Assembly: GCF_006345805.1 (NCBI RefSeq)
Contig: NW_021833270.1
Span: forward strand, 1-64,000
DNA from: Octopus sinensis
Taxonomy: Eukaryota
Direction: 5' to 3'
DNA length: 64,000 nucleotides
Part shown: one piece after another, positions 35,566 through 48,530 of the stretch
How the letters are laid out: the number at the start of each line of letters is the position of its first letter
Position numbering within the stretch: the stretch's first letter is position 1
The notes under the pieces: generated by a model
What the model was told of the DNA's origin: nothing
Databases searched by the model: none
What the model saw: the letters and a program-made list of their open reading frames with translations, nothing else
Made by a program: the position numbers and the translations under genes

Positions 35566-37379
35566 ACAACAATTCTTTTTGTAAAACTTTCGCCTTTTAT
35601 GCTGAACATCTAGTTTAAAGTTGATTTTATGCATTGAATTTTCATTTCCAGAGAAATCAGTTTTAATATTTCAAATTCAAAAATATTGAACGAAATAGTA
35701 GCGAAAGGAAAATTTTGGCTTTAATATCAGTTCACTACTGTTTGTTTGAAGTGACAAGTAGCAATTCTTTCTGTGAACCATTTATTTTACAGCCAAGTAT
35801 TATGCAAATGGAAACTTTTACATGTCTCGGGAAAGTTATAAATGCAGGCTATGTGAGACCAACTTAAATAATTAAAACTACACAAATTCATCAAAATTCA
35901 TTCACAGATTTTATTCTATTAAACTTAAAACGGTGGAGATGCACAATTTTAGAGTGTTGGGAAAATACCTTCCAATATTTCTACCATCTCTTTATATTCT
36001 AGTTTCAAATCCTGTTGAAGCTAACTTTGTTTCTCCACCCTTCTTGGTTGATAAAAAAAGTGCCAGTCAAGTAATAAGATCAACTTAAGAAATTAACCAT
36101 TTCCTCTAAAATTTGAGGCATTCCCCTGTTTTACAAACATAACCAATTAATCAAATATCATAGGAAAAATAAATCTGCATGATAGGAAACAGGATAGCTT
36201 TCCTGTCATTCAAATATTTATGAAATTTACAATATACCATAATTTCAGCAATTCACATAGTCATATTGTAAGAGAGTTCATCATCATTTCACTAAAGATG
36301 CATACAGTAATATAGAAACTGATATTGCCAAATCAGCTTTCCATATGAAAACTTTCATTAATTAAGAAATCTTAACCAAAATCAATATTTTTTATGCTAT
36401 TTCACCAATGAGCAACTAATAAGGCAGAGTTTAAATCCATGCTTCCTTCTCCAGTTTATCATAAGCCTCTCAATCCATTCAAGTGTTTATTGAAAGGTCA
36501 ATAATCACCAGTTTATGTTCAATGATTCCAAACAGAAATTATTTGTGTGCTTGTATGTGAGTGCCTGAGCAAGCACATGTATATCTCTCTTGAGAACAAT
36601 AGATTTCGTTGGTGGTACCTGTTATCTCAATTCTAACTTTTGGTGGCTGAGAAGAAGTCAGGAGTGTCAAGTGACAAAGACATTATTCTGCTTAGCTAAG
36701 GCATCTGGTAAATGTAACTGCTGTCACTCATAGAAAAACTATTGTTTTAGCGTAAGAAAAGTGCTGTTGAACAGTTAAGTGAAATTTGGCGATCAACAAT
36801 CAAATCCATGCCATGTCTGCATGAAACCACTATATCACCTATGTCTATCCCTCTATTCATAATATAACCCAGTGCTACTCAACCATTTCTCACCTATGAA
36901 CCACCTTAATCCCTGTTTTATTCAGGAGGGCCCTCATAGCCAATCAGTGTTTTAAAAAATCATTATTATATTTATTAGTAAATGTAAAAAGAGGTGCTGA
37001 AATAGTTTGTGTCATAGAAGTATAATCACTTTTATTCACATGACTTTTAACCCTTTTATACAACCACAAACCTCATTTGAAGACCACTGCTTTAATTCCT
37101 CATCACCTGGCACAAATCCATTTCCCTGTGTTCTTGTCTTACAAATTTCTTTGGAACCTCATTGCTGGTGCCACATGCAAAGCACTCAGTAGGGTACACA
37201 CTATAAAGTGATTGGAATCAGAAATGGTAGAAACCATGCCAAGGCAGACAATAGAGCTTAGCACAGTGTTCTGAATATGCAGCTCCTGTCAAACAGTCTA
37301 TCCCTTTCCAGCATGGAAGGCAGACGTTAAATGATGATAGTGATACTACAGACCATACTCAGAGATATGGTGGTTTTTG

Positions 37380-37780
37380 AGGAAGCTAAATATAGACAAA
37401 TAGCTTGTGAAATCTGCACAGGCTATATACAAGGGTACAATCAGTAACAAGACATTTCACCATGAGTACAATGACAAATTTAGTGTACAGGTAGGTATTC
37501 ATCAGGGCTCGGCTCTCAGTCTCATCTCATTCATCATCATTCTGCAGGCCATAACAGAGGACTTCAAAACTGCCTGCCCTAAGAACTACTATATGCTGAT
37601 GGTCTCACTCCAATAGTGGAATCTGTAATACAGTGCAAAAGAAATTCCAGGTGTGGAAGCAAAACATAAAATGAAAGAACCTTCAATTTGACTTAGCAAT
37701 GACCAAGGTAAAACACTATGTGCAATCACTGTAGACAAGAATTCCTTAAGGTGTACCCAGTAGAGGCTATGGACACACAA
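37380..37780 (+). mobile_element. RTE RT fragment
   Basis: QVGIHQGSALSLISFIIILQAITEDFKTACP (RT motif region). Confidence 0.75.
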
Positions 37781-37944
37781 GACATGCAGGGCAATCACAA
37801 GGAAGTTAACAAGACAGCTTCCTTTTCTCGATGGATATCAATATGTCCCTGATATAATCGAGTTTTGAAGATGGAGTGCAATTGAAAGGATGACAGAACT
37901 ACAAAAAAGATTCTAATTGACATTAAAAGAAGAATTCTCAAAAT

Positions 37945-38330
37945 TGTGGTGTGGTAAGTAGCTTGCTTACCAACCACATGGTTCCGGGTTCAGTCCCACT
38001 GCGAGGCACCTTGGGCAAGTGTCTTCTACTATAGCCTCAGGCCGACCAAAGCCTTGTGAGTGGATTTGGTAGACGGAAACTGAAAGAAGCCCGTCGTATG
38101 TGCGTGTGTGTGTTTGTGTGCCTGTGTTTGTGTGTCTGTGTTTGTCCCCTTAGCATTGCTTGACAATCGATGCTGGTGTATTTATGTCCCCGTTACTTAG
38201 CGGTTCAGCAAAAGAGACCGATAGAATAAGTACCGGGCTTACAAAAGAATAAGTCCCAGGGTCAAGTTGCTCAATTAAAGGCGGCGCTCCAGCATGGCCG
38301 CAGTCAAATGACTGAAACAAGTAAAAGAGT
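37945..38330 (+). mobile_element. SINE family A
   Basis: Near-consensus copy. Confidence 0.9.
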
Positions 38331-38380
38331 ATTACAGAATCAAAAGTTGCCACCTTTAGAATATTTTTATTACTGTACAG

Positions 38381-38434
38381 ATAGACAGTAAGAAAACAGC
38401 TCAGTTTGCTATTTCGTTCCAAAGAGCAGTACAG
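38381..38434 (+). CDS. Candidate 54-nt phase 0-0 internal exon (IDSKKTAQFAISFQRAVQ) of an unidentified gene
   Basis: tttttattactgtacAG acceptor and GTGAGA donor; only frame 0 is open; sequence is unique. No homology recognised. Confidence 0.25.
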
Positions 38435-38839
38435 GTGAGAAACATAAAATGGACAAGGTGGGTGATGAGTAAGCAGAAATAATACAATGAACAATAGAAG
38501 AATCAATCAAAATATTTGTGTACAAAATAACAAACAGGAATGAGAAACAATAAGAACAATACATAAAGAAGAGTAAGAGAGAAATGGAAAGAAGGAGAAT
38601 TTCCACTCACAGTTCTGTGCCATCTGTCAGTCTATCTATCTGGAAATCATTCTATTTCCAGTTCTAAATATTTGGTAGTACCTATATCTACTGTTCCCTT
38701 TATCTCTATTCCTATCCTCCTGGCACTATCTATTTATCTATCTAATCATTTGCCTGTTTTCCTATCTGCTCCTCTCTATATATCTCTGTATGTCTCTCTC
38801 TTTGGTCATCTATCTATCTATCTGTTCATCTATATATTA

Positions 38840-39247
38840 CTTACTTTTACTTTTACTTGTTTCAGTCATTTGACTGCGGCCATGCTGGAGCACCGCCTTT
38901 AGTCGAGCAACTCGACCCCGGGACTTATTCTTTGTAAGCCCAGTACTTATTTTATCAGTCTCTTTTGCCGAACCGCTAAATGACGGGGACATAAACACAC
39001 CAGCATCGGTTGTCAAGCAATGCTAGGAGGACAAACACAGACACACAAACACACATGCACACATATATATATATATATATATACGACGGGCTTCTTTCAG
39101 TTTCCGTCTACCAAATCCACTCACAAGGCTTTGGTCAGCCCAAGGCTATAGAAGAAGACACTTGGCCAAGGTGCCAGGCAGTGGGACTGAACCCAGAACC
39201 ATGTGGTTGGTAAGCAAGCTACTTACCACACAGCCACTCCTGCGCCT
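38840..39247 (-). mobile_element. SINE family A
   Basis: Near-consensus reverse copy. Confidence 0.9.
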
Positions 39248-39661
39248 ATATCTTGCTATTAATCGACCTATCTACTCATACATATATTGATCATTCTCTA
39301 TCTATCTACCTTTTTTTCTGTCTATCTATTTATCAGTCAATCAATCTAATTATTTGTCCATCTAACTGTTGAGCTATCGGGTTATCATGCTGTTTCTTTA
39401 TCTGGGTATTTCGGAATTCCTGTCCTCATCTCTATCCCTAATCATCTGCCTATGCATTTATCTTTTTTACGTTTGTCTGCCTATCTCTTAAAAGAGTCTG
39501 TCTGTCTTCTATCTCTGTTTCCCTTCATCTCTATCTGTCTGTCTGTCTATCATTCTACCTACCTTTCTTTCCATTTATCTGTCTGTTTTTCTGGTTCACT
39601 GTCTATCACTATATTAATCAATCTGTCTCATAAACCATCTATTTGGTAATTGTTATATAGG

Positions 39662-40060
39662 AGTGGCGCAGGAGTGGCTGTGTGGTAAGTAGCTTGCTAA
39701 CCAACCACATGGTTCTGGGTTCAGTTCCACTGCGTGGCATCTTGGGCAAGTGTCTTCTGCTATAGCCCCGGGCCGACCAATGCCTTGTGAGTGGATTTGG
39801 TAGACGGAAACTGAAAGAAGCCTGTCGTATATATGTATATGTATATATAAGTGTGTGTGTCTGTGTTTGTCCCCCTAGCATCGCTTGACAACCGATGCTG
39901 GTGTGTTTACGTCCCCGTAACTTAGCGGTTCAGCAAAAGAGACCGATAGAATAAGTACTGGGCTTCCAATGAATAAGTCCTGGGGTCGATTTGCTTGACT
40001 AAAGGCAGTGCTCCAGCATGGCCGCAGTCAAATAACTGAAACAAGTAAAAGAGTAAAGAG
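39662..40060 (+). mobile_element. SINE family A
   Basis: Near-consensus copy. Confidence 0.9.
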
Positions 40061-40210
40061 TATATCATTATGCATAATCTCAAATACATATCCATCTATG
40101 TATTTCTCTATCTATCTATCTCTTTGTCTCTCTCTCCCTTTCTATGTGTTTCTCTGAATTTCTATCTCCCCATAGTCTTGCTAGCAATGTGTATGTCTGT
40201 CTATCTATCT

Positions 40211-40425
40211 CGAGCTGGCAGAAACGTTAGCACGCCGGGCGAAATGCGTAGCCGTATTTCGTCTGCCATTACGTTCTGAGTTCAAATTCTGCCGAAGTCG
40301 ACTTTGCCTTTCATCCTTTCGGGGTCGATAAATTAAGTACCAGTTTCGCAGTGGGGTCGATGTCATTGACTTAATCCCTTTGTCTGTCCCCTCTATGTTT
40401 AGGCCCTTGTGGGCAGTAGAAAATA
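40211..40425 (+). mobile_element. SINE family B
   Basis: Matches 10692-10915. Confidence 0.85.
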
Positions 40426-40944
40426 TATCTCTTTGTCCTTCTAACTACCTACATCCTTACTTATTTGTTAACCATTTCATCTTCTCTCTCCTCATCTATC
40501 TATCTATCTATTTGCCTGTCTATCTACCTGTTTCACTATCTTTCTATCTATTACCCCTCATACCCTTCCCCTTCATTTTTCACTTTTTCCAGAAATATAT
40601 ATTTTTTTTTTTCAAAACATAGAAAAATACGAAGATTACAATTCTGAAAAAATTAAATCTAAATTTGTGCCTGTTTTATTTCATATTCTTAATCTCCGTA
40701 TTTTCCAACGTAAATTGATGGAAAAAAAGGAATTGGAAAAAGTTTTTAAAAGAGGACCCACTTTAATTTCACATGAATTACTTTGTCATATTACTTACGA
40801 GAAATGATTCTGAGAGAAACCTTTGCAGAAAGGTGAGTGGATTACTTACATTATGTTAATGCAGTTTTGTGAGATTTGGCTGATATTTCTAGCATGTTAA
40901 CAGCCTGCTTCTAGGTATGAGAGTATGAATCTCTCTCTCTCTCT

Positions 40945-41295
40945 CTCTTCACTTGTTTCAGTCATTTGACTGCAGCCATGCTGGAGCACCGCCTTTAGTC
41001 AAGCAAATCGACCCCAGGACTTATTCTTTGTAAGCCTAGTACTTATTCTATCAGTCTCTTTTGCCGAACCGCTAAGTTCCAGGGATGTAAACACACCAGC
41101 ATCAGTTGTCAAGCGATGTTGGGGGGAAAAACACAGGCACACACATACATATATAAATACATATATACGACGGGCTTCTTTCAGTTTCCGTCTACCAAAT
41201 CCACTCGCAAGGCTTTGGTTGGCACGAGGCTATAGTAGAAGATACTTGCCCAAGATGCCACACAGTGGGACTGTACTCAGAACCATGTGGTTCTT
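40945..41295 (-). mobile_element. SINE family A, head truncated
   Basis: Reverse complement of the consensus. Confidence 0.85.
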
Positions 41296-41321
41296 GTTGA
41301 CAAACAACAACAGTAATTGTA

Positions 41322-41990
41322 TTCACCTCAATAGACATCACTGATTGGTTGAAATTTCCAAAATACGAAAAATTTAACAACAAATAGCTTACAACTACAG
41401 AATTTTCTCAAGAACGCCAAGAGAAAGTGATGTTTTATGTGACACATTCTACCAGTATACGAAGTTTAAAAGTGTTTAGTTACAAAGAAATTATTTTTTA
41501 AATCTGCCGGTCAAAGTGAAAAGATCCGACGATCATCTTCACAAATGTAAATAACACAGGTGGTTTGTAGTGTTCTTGTAACGAAAGATCACCAAGATCC
41601 CATTTTTTTTTCAGAATCATAATCTTCGTATTTTTGTACGTATTTCGCAAAAAAAAAAAAATAATAAAGTGGGGAAGGATTCCGTTTACATCTCCGCCAT
41701 GTGAGCCTATTTTTGGAAAGACTTCCGTCCACCCCACCCCCAATATTTCAGATTTTTTTTTTTTTTGCCAACCCTCACATAATCTTTTTCCATTATTTTT
41801 TCGCGAATATTGTGTGGTAGGGAAAGTTGGGGATCTTTTCGGTTTGAACGGCAGTTTTTTTAAATAATTTCCACATAACTAAAAAATTTTAAACTTCGTA
41901 TACTGGTAGAATATTTTTAGAAACATCTTTTTCTCTTGGCTTTATTGAGAAAATTCTATAGTTTGTAAGACATTTGTTGTTTTTTTTCTT
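41322..41990. mobile_element. Two partial MITE family E pieces in opposite orientation (41322-41528; 41830-41990)
   Basis: Terminal motif ggatcttttcggtttgaacggc or its degenerate reverse complement; internal sequence shared with 63472-63886. Confidence 0.7.
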
Positions 41991-43091
41991 CAAAAAAGTC
42001 TTTATTAGTAAACTTTTTTCTTGCATATAGGTCTTGTAAGCTGATAAACTCTCCCCACTCCTGAATTAAATGTAAAAACTGTCAATTAAGTGAAATGAAT
42101 ACATGTAAAGTGGGAAAAAAATCTGTAAACACTTTTTAATATATGCAAACATAATGATTTATTTCTAGGGTGCATGACCATATTAGTGGGTCCACATCTC
42201 TAATATCTGACCAGTAGAGGAATGTATGCAGTGGCTTAGTTTTTTGCTGTACATTCTAGGTGACACTTCCTCAAGGTGTCAAGTAGTGGGACGAAACCTG
42301 AAACCACATGGTGGGGAGGCACACTTCATAACTACACGACCATAAACAGAAGATGGCTGACGACCAAGTTTTGATGGGTCCCAACTTGCACACTTAAAGT
42401 ATTATTGTTGTACTCCTTGTTAACTCTCACTTGGCTGACTACACCTCTGTACATAGCCTGTACAGCTGCACAAGCCATTCTTCTACTCTTCATTTCCTTA
42501 AGAACCACCTGATGACCAAACTATCAAAGTTCTTCTCCAGCTCTATGAATGTTACGTATACAGGCTTACTACTAAGCTCTTCTTTTGCTGTAATCTCATT
42601 AGGAAGATGATATTAATTGTACCTGTTCCTGGTATAAAGCCCAATCACATCTCATTTAGACTTGTTCCTAATTAATCTTGTAATATTAACTCAATAACTC
42701 TCGCTACCTGGTCTGACAATTTGATTCTCTGTAATATCCTCTGCTGTGTATCTGCTTTACCTTTTTAACAGTTTACAATCCTCTGTTGGATGTGCAATGG
42801 CAGAGTACAAGTGTATTGAGAGAAAAGTTTGGTATAAGAGGAATGAAATGTAGTGTGCAAGAGAGAAGACCACTGGTCTGGCCATGTGATGCACGTAAAA
42901 GCAGCCATTACACTCTTGGAGTGGTTGGCATTAGGAAGGGCATCCAGCCATAGAAACCATGCTAAATCAGAATGGAGTCTGGTGCAGTCTTCCAGCTTGC
43001 CAGCCCTGGTTAAACTGTCCAACCCATGCCAGCATGGACAATGAATCTTAGATGTTGATGATGATGTTGAAATCTTCTTTGGCTATAGGAA

Positions 43092-43571
43092 CTCGGTCAC
43101 CAGTGTAGCGGGTATGATGCTTGGCCACTACTTCTGGTCTGATCTGAGGGTAGCCCTTAAAAGGACGGTTATCGCAATTAGATCCGATCCAAGAATAATC
43201 CTAAAAAGGACTGTTATCGTAATTAGATCGGGTCTGAGAGTAGTCCTAAAAAGGACTGTTATTGTAATTAGGTCGGATCTGAGAGTAGTCCTAAAAAGGA
43301 CTGTTATCGCATTCAGATCAGACTTGAATTAGCCCTGAAAAGGACTGTGGTCGTAATCAGCAAAACTGGTCAGACGAAAGCAGTAGTTGAAATGACGAGC
43401 AGACAAGAGGTGTAAGTTTATACAGCAATTTATTTCAGGCATGAAATAGCAGTACAAAGGTTCGAGGCGGCGTGAGTGGCGAGTGTGGCAGGCGAGAGGG
43501 ACACGATTTACATCGGTCGAGTGCCAAAAAGCCAACTGCCTTTACAGCGATTTATGATGTCTATTTATACA
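43092..43571 (-). mobile_element. Gypsy-type 5' LTR (43571-43104, TGT...ACA) followed by a primer-binding site
   Basis: Minus strand TGTATAAATA...AATAAA...GCTACA then c-TGGTGACCGAG; the first 8 nt match a tRNA-Trp 3' end. No internal region follows. Confidence 0.7.
43136..43360. repeat. 45-bp tandem repeat, ~5 copies, inside the LTR
   Basis: Translates as the 15-aa period SDLRVVLKRTVIVIR; no unique spacers. Confidence 0.9.
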
Positions 43572-43579
43572 AAAATATC

Positions 43580-44110
43580 AGCAGTGATGTTTAGCCAGTG
43601 TCCAATAGAATGGCAGGTAGGTAGCTTTTGTCCAATGTAAGGTCAGGCAAGTCACTGGGGGTAGTTGCTTTGTTTTCTCTGGTGATGGCAGATGTATTTC
43701 CGGCGTCCATGCAAGTTACTTCCGGTGACTGTACACCAGCATAGTGGAGTTGCCATTGGCAGCCAACCTTAAACTCTTCTGTTATAACCTGAAAGACTAT
43801 GGTGAATAGGAGTGGTGTTAGGAGAATGAGTTGTAGGGAAGAGGTATGTTGGGGACAGATTAGGTGCAGGGACAAATTATATGAAATGGACAGGTGTTCT
43901 CAAGAACAGCAAATCACCTGTCATCTTGGTGCTTTTGTCATCCACCCCCGTGACACTCAACTCAGAGAAGATGACTACTTCACTTCTTCGTTCCACAGCT
44001 CTTTCTGCATTTAATTGCTGGCACTTCGTTATGCAACTGTCATATCCACTGCACATCACATGATCACACCAGTGCAGTTTTCTCTCTTGTACACACACAG
44101 GGCAAACGTT
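43580..44110 (-). mobile_element. RTE fragments
   Basis: LLFTIVFQVITEEFKVGCQWQLHYA; VQERKLHWCDHVM. Confidence 0.65.
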
Positions 44111-45324
44111 TTCAGGTTTTTTCATGTTTGTTTCTTTGTGTCTGTGTTTGTCTCCAACCACCAATTGACAACCAGTGTTGGTGTGTTTATGTCCCCATAA
44201 CTTAACGGTTCAGCAAAACAGACCAACTGAATAAGTACTAGGCTTTTGACTAAAACCTTTCGAGGTGATACCCCAGCATAACTGCAGTCAAATGACTGAA
44301 AAAGATAAAAGGCTTTGCTTACAAGGACCATAGTAGAAGGCACTTGCAGAAGGTGCCATGCAGTGGGACTGAACCTGAAACTACTTGCCTTGCAGTATTT
44401 TGTTACATAACCTTATGTTTAAAGTTCAAATCCTGTAGAGATTAATAAAATCCAGTCCCAAAACAAGGTTAACTGAAGCTGCTCTACCCACCCCCACTCC
44501 CTTCTATGTTGCTAGTTATGTCTCATTTCATTCTGAAATCAAATGTTTTTGTAACAATCTATAAAACTTATTATTAGCGTAGTTAATGAATACTAGGTCT
44601 TTGGATATGTAGTGGAATTTTGTCACGCCACTTCCTAATGATATTGATTTCTTTTTTACATAGGCACAATTTATCAGAAATTTGTAAGAAGGGGTTAGTA
44701 GTGCATTTTATCAACTCCAGAAGAATGAAAAACAAAGTTGACCTAAGACACGCAGACAGACCACACACACACATTGATTGTCCTCACTGCTAACATTAAC
44801 ACTCCTTTTCTAAAACCATAGAAAAGAAGAAAAATATTTTGTGTGGCACTAAATTCTGCCAATCCTTTACTTAATGAGGATTTCTGAAGCACATCAAAGC
44901 AAGAAATTTAATGTTTACAGAGTTACAAGTGATATTCAGTCATCAAATTGTGTAATCAAACAGAAAAAAGAGAAGGCAGATTGCTAAGAAAGCCATGTCT
45001 TCTCTTAGAAGCTTCACCAGACATTTACTTAATCTTATGGGTCCATTTTTTACTGTTTTTTTTTGTATACATAACTTGCTGGAACCTTGTAAAAAGCACC
45101 CAGTACACTCTGTAAAGTGGTTGGTTTTAGGAAGGGCATCCAGCCATAGAAGCTATGCCTAAACAGATATGGAGCCTAGTACAGCTCTCTTGGTTACCAG
45201 CTCCTATCAAACCATCCGACCCATTCCAGCATAGAAAACAGATGATAAATGGCGATTGTGAGGAACTTGTTTGTAACTCTTATTTTCTTTTTTCATTGAA
45301 TTCAATAACTATATACTCTTGTAC

Positions 45325-45732
45325 TCTCTTTTTACTCTTTTACTTGTTTCAGTCATTTGACTGCGGTCATGCTGGAGCACTGCCTTTAATCGAGCAACTA
45401 GACCCAAGGACCTATTCTTTGTAAGCCCAGTACTTATTCTATCGGTCTCTTTTGCCGAACCGCTAAGTGACGAGGACATAAACACGCCAGCATAGGTTGT
45501 CAAGCAATGCTAGGGGGACAAACACAGACACACAAACATACACGCAAACATATATATATATACATATATACGACAGGCTTCTTTCAGTTTCTGTCTACCA
45601 AATCCACTCACAAGGCATTGGTCGGCCCGGGGCTATGGCAAAATACACTTGCCCAAGGTGCCACACAGTGGGACTGAACCCGGAACCATGTGGTTGGTTA
45701 GCAAGCTACTTACCACACAGCCACTCCTGCGC
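45325..45732 (-). mobile_element. SINE family A
   Basis: Near-consensus reverse copy. Confidence 0.9.
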
Positions 45733-46029
45733 CTATTTGTATATTTTAAATGAAAAATATGATAGACAAATCAAAAAAAAGAAGAAATCAAACTATTTGT
45801 TTCTAATTCTTTGTTTAAGCATGTTCTCATCAAGTACGTACTTATACATATTCATTCAAGAATCTTATCTCATTAAAATGTAATTGCTTTCCAGGAAGTG
45901 CTTGGTGAAGAAGTGTTATGTATGTCAACAGATGAAATAATTAGCCGAACCAGACTGCTTGATAATGAAGTTAGCATATGTAAATATGTAACATTATTGT
46001 TGAAGGTTCCCTCCTGATCTACTTATTTC

Positions 46030-47087
46030 GGATCTTTTCGGTTTGAACGGCTGTTTTTTCTAGCGGTGTCATCTGAAATTGTCACCCATAATTATGACCC
46101 TAGTATCAATCTATTGCATTTCAATTTCTTTTAGGGTTAGGGTTAGGGGTGGGGGGAAGGGTATCTTTTTTCTTCACAAATGTAAATAAACCCAATCTGT
46201 TTCTTAAACGAGGGACATATTCATACGGCACAGAATGTTTTTTTTACCTCAATGGACATCATTGATTGGTTGAAATTGCAGAAATTGAAGAAAAAAAAAC
46301 AACAAATATCTTACAAACTATAGAATTTTCTCAATAAAACCAAGAGAAAAAGATGTTTACCAGTATACAAAGTTTAAAAGTGTTTAGTTACGTGGAAATT
46401 ATTTTAATTTATTTTATTTTTGCTCTCATCCAAAAGGATTCTACAATTTCTGGATGCTGACACTGAAAGGTAACCATCTCTTCCAGAGTTGTCCTTTTCT
46501 CCACTCCACCAGACTTATACATGCCATGTATGGAAATGCCTCCAGTTACTTCAAACCAACAAGACCACCAGCCCTGACAGTGTCCCTTCCATTGAAACTC
46601 TGACGTCTGGCAGCTGACTTGGCAAACACCCATAAAATTATCAACCATCGTACAAAGAATAACTCTGAGCACCTTTTCAAACTCCACCCATCTAACACCC
46701 GTGGACATATTTACAAAGTCAGAAAACAGCACAGCTCCCATGACTTCAGGAAACATTTTTTCACGCTGAGAGTTGCTGAAGCATGAAACAAACTGCCGGC
46801 ATCAGTTGTTAGTTGTCGGAGCACTGCATCCTTCAAAACGTCTATGCTTCCTGAGATTCGCCAACACTACACCTGTTTCTCCCCTCCATACACACACACA
46901 AGCATGTATCTGACTCATACACTGTTCCCTTTCCAGACATTACTGCATATACTCTGACAAATTGTGGTGCACCTGAGTACTGTATACAATAATTTCATTA
47001 TTATTACATACAACCAATGCACATCAGAACCAGCATCTATCTTTTTTGAGTGCAAAAAAAAAATGCCGTTCAAACCGAAAAGATCCC
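46030..47087. mobile_element. MITE family E interrupted by LINE fragments
   Basis: TIRs ggatcttttcggtttgaacggc (46030) and gccgttcaaaccgaaaagatccc (47065-47087). Confidence 0.8.
46560..47008 (+). mobile_element. CR1-clade LINE 3' end
   Basis: LAADLANTHKIINH..SNTRGHIYKVRKQHSSHDFRKHFFTLRVAEA*NKLPASVV, then a 3'UTR ending ataatttcattattatt. Confidence 0.8.
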
Positions 47088-47576
47088 TTATTTCTTCATA
47101 GTTTTACATTTGTTGCAGTTTGAACAAATATTCTAATTACATAATCAATTAGAATTGCTACTACCAGAAATGCATAATTAGCAATATTCTTTACAAGTTT
47201 GCTTTTATATACCGAAAACAATTTTTACCTGTATTTTCCATGCAGGTATGAGTCGACTGAACTGCTGTACTCCATATTGTCACTTATTCTAATCTTCTGT
47301 CATCTCATTTAAGAGACTTGATTGTTCTGTGACCTCATCACTTTCACATCATCCCTAGTCTTTTGCTGTGGCTATGGTTACCTTTCAGTGTCAGCATCCA
47401 GAAATTGTAGAATCTTTTTGGACGGACTGTTCTTCTCCTTCAGTGATTTATTTAACATTACCACTTAACCCTTGATTGCAGACTACCACTCTGTCATCTG
47501 CAGTTAACTCCCACATCTCACCCCAAGACAGACACTGCTCTTTCTTCTCTGACAAAGCCATTTTAGAAAAACATTT

Positions 47577-48202
47577 GGATCTTTTCCTTTTGAATGGCAC
47601 TTTGTAACATAATTTCTAGGAAACTAAAATGTTTTAAACTTCGTATACTGGTAGAATGTGTTTATAAAACATCTTTTTCTCTTGGTTTTATTGAGAAAAT
47701 TCTATAGTTTGTAAAATATTTCGTTTGAAATTTCGAGCATTTCGGCATTTTTAACCAATCGCTGACCTCCATTTGGGGTGAAAACATTTTCATTTGACAC
47801 TGCTAGAAAAAAATCCCATTTTCCGTAGTGGTGTCGTATGAAATTGTCACCCATAATTATATCCCTAGTATCGATCTATTGCATTTCAATCTATTTTAGA
47901 TTTAGGGTTAGAGTTAGGGTTAGGGGTGGAGAAGGGTATCTTTTTTTCTTCGCAAATGTAAATAAACCCAATCTGTTTCTTAAACGAGGGACATATTCAT
48001 ACAGCACGGAATGTTTTCACCCCAAATGGAGGTCAGCGATTGGTTAAAATTGCCGAAATGCTTGAAATTAAAGTGGAAACATGTTACAACATATAGAATT
48101 TTCTCAATAAAGCCAAGAAAAAATGATGTTTTATACGAAGTTTAAAAGTGTTTAGTTAACTAGAAATTGTGTTGACATGTGCCGTTCAAAAGGAAAAGAT
48201 CC
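47577..48202. mobile_element. Palindromic MITE E derivative flanked by a 40-bp direct repeat
   Basis: 47577-47790 is the inverted copy of 48005-48202. Flanks 47537-47576 and 48203-48242 are identical except for 1 nt. Confidence 0.8.
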
Positions 48203-48530
48203 GCTCTTTCTTCTCTGACAAATCCATTTTAGAAAAACATTTTTCACACATGTTTTCCCACATCATTCCCACAACTAAAACTCATAATCCCAAATCCTTC
48301 AAGTAATTCACTCATAACTGTACTGCCGCAGTTCAGGAAGACCATTCTTTACAATGCTCAAAGAAAATCGCCTACCCTTACAAACTGGGAACAACATTTA
48401 CCCACCATTGACACACATACCTCCATACACAAACCCACAAGCCATGGGGTTGGTACTTTAGTTCCCTTGCTAAAAAGACCTTGGTAAGTCTGTAGAATCC
48501 TCCTTCCTTCCACATTTGCTGTCCATTTGG

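Noticed and set aside
43136-43360. 45-bp periodic array as a CRISPR or repeat-protein gene
   Set aside because: Units are contiguous with no unique spacers, there are no cas genes, the context is eukaryotic, and the array lies inside an LTR.
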